From: a virus
Taxonomy: Duplodnaviria > Caudoviricetes
Direction: 5' to 3' (one strand)
IMG/VR virus record: IMGVR_UViG_2754412319_000001
Coordinates: 1-64,000 of that record
Length of the DNA: 64,000 nucleotides
The notes under the pieces were generated by a model that did not search any database, had not been told where the DNA came from, and saw only the letters and a list, made by a program, of their open reading frames with translations. The translations under genes were made by a program, and so were the position numbers. Shown here one piece after another: positions 62,989 to 64,000 of the stretch. Numbering within the stretch: the stretch's first letter is position 1; each line of letters opens with the position of its first letter.

Positions 62989-64000
62989 ATGGACAAGGAT
63001 CGTAAAGTCCTTGTCGATGCGCGCAACATCGACGCTCTCCTTCCGCAGATCATCGCAGAAGTGGCGTCGGCCGGATTCATCGGTTTCGATATCGAGACCG
63101 AAGACTCGCGCAGGCACGCAGGCCTCGCCGAGATCATGAAGGTCGACGACGAGGGCAGGGGGACGAACAAGAAGCTCATCTTCGACACGAACCGCACGAC
63201 CGTGTGCGGCTTTTCGGTTTACCCGGACGGGAACCATCTCGGCTACTACGTCAACCTCGCGCACGCCGACGTCGAGAACCGTGTGCCCTGGGAAACCGCG
63301 CGTCAGATCCTCGACGCGCGCCAACCTGACTCCTTCTTCATCATCCACAACGCTCAGTTCGAGTGGGTCATGATGATGAAGTCGCTCGGCTATGACATCC
63401 CGGAAGATCGCGTCATCTGCTCGTTGCAGCTGTGCGTGTCGGCGTACTCACCCGACACCTACTTCCGCGACAAGTTCATGGAACCCGGTCTCGGCGGTAT
63501 CGAGAAGATCCTGCCCGTGGTTGCCCGCGTGTTCTCTGGCTACCAACCCGGTCAAGACCTGAACTCCGAGCAGGAAGAGCTGTTGCAAAAGGTCATCGGC
63601 AAGGAGTCGAAGGCCGCGCACAGCTGGAACGGCTACGTCGATTCGATGCGGGTCGGCTACGACCTGAAGCGTGCCGTGAAGAGCTGGTTCGGCTACGCGA
63701 TGGCCACGTTCGAAGAGACGCTGGGTGACGAAGTCCACATGGGCATGCTGACCGGCGAGGAGGTCTTCGAATACGGCGTCGACGACGCATACTGGTGCGT
63801 GCAGCTGTTCCACCGTGTGCTTCAGCACATGATGGAGACCAACCCTGCGGTCTTCAGCACGTTCATGGAACAGGAGATGCCGTTCGTTCGAATCGCGGCC
63901 GAGACGTGGGGCCACGGCATCAAGCTGAACGGGCCGGCCGTGCTGCGTCGCCGGGATGAAGAGCGAGCCAACGAGGCCGCGTGCCTGCGCAAGATGAAGG
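62989..64000 (+). CDS. DNA polymerase (family A-type), N-terminal 3'-5' exonuclease domain; truncated by the window edge
   Basis: Translated by hand: MDKDRK..FIGFDIETE (ExoI), IIHNAQFE (ExoII), YGVDDAYW (ExoIII). The frame stays open to 64000. The polymerase domain itself is not in the window. Confidence 0.8.
   Translation, partial: MDKDRKVLVDARNIDALLPQIIAEVASAGFIGFDIETEDSRRHAGLAEIMKVDDEGRGTNKKLIFDTNRTTVCGFSVYPDGNHLGYYVNLAHADVENRVPWETARQILDARQPDSFFIIHNAQFEWVMMMKSLGYDIPEDRVICSLQLCVSAYSPDTYFRDKFMEPGLGGIEKILPVVARVFSGYQPGQDLNSEQEELLQKVIGKESKAAHSWNGYVDSMRVGYDLKRAVKSWFGYAMATFEETLGDEVHMGMLTGEEVFEYGVDDAYWCVQLFHRVLQHMMETNPAVFSTFMEQEMPFVRIAAETWGHGIKLNGPAVLRRRDEERANEAACLRKMK

Larger units (their letters stand above)
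520..64000. mobile_element. Siphovirus-like prophage/phage genome (left boundary approximate; continues past the window end)
   Basis: Complete head-neck-tail-lysis gene set on the minus strand and a replication/early module on the plus strand. No att site or integrase identified in the window. Confidence 0.9.

Noticed and set aside
1-64000. CRISPR array, tRNA/rRNA genes, diversity-generating retroelement, integrase
   Set aside because: By eye I found no regularly spaced repeat-spacer array, no cloverleaf, no reverse transcriptase or TR/VR pair, and no recombinase motifs. A covariance-model scan was not run.

Overview
Almost the whole window (about 520 to the right edge) is a long-tailed dsDNA (siphovirus-like) phage or prophage with GC-rich codon usage. 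The first ~500 bp looks like host DNA: a small gene preceded by two tandem LexA-type boxes, probably from a Burkholderia-like betaproteobacterium. The left arm (573-34588, minus strand) is the virion and lysis module. In transcription order it holds a gpA-type large terminase, portal, protease/scaffold, decoration protein, major capsid, neck genes, tail tube, G/GT chaperones with a clear -1 slippery site, a tape measure with a lytic transglycosylase domain, lambda M/L/K/I/J-like tail tip genes, a tail fibre, a GH19 endolysin-holin-Rz/Rz1 cassette, three more tail appendage genes and an AlpA-like gene. The right arm (34794-64000, plus strand) has a primase-helicase, a free-standing HNH, ~13 kb of small unknown early genes, a Spo11/TopoVI-A-like Toprim protein, a SNF2-like helicase, an SSB candidate, a 5'-3' exonuclease and the truncated start of a DNA polymerase. 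No integrase, tRNA, CRISPR array or reverse transcriptase was seen. The most interesting element is a translationally coupled unit at 7391-11253. There the tail fibre ends in NCNCNCACT followed by a non-splicing Hint autoprocessing domain, and downstream come an unknown protein, a radical SAM enzyme with a complete SPASM cysteine motif, and a coiled-coil protein. I infer a maturation system for a virion fibre tip. Three dispersed DNA motifs also stand out: a palindromic GTKCAANTTGMAC operator (11 copies plus a variant, all in the early arm), a CTAT-N3-ATAG palindrome (8 copies at promoter-like sites), and a coding-strand-polarised (ACC)n motif at many gene starts. All family assignments come from motifs recognised by eye; no database search was run.
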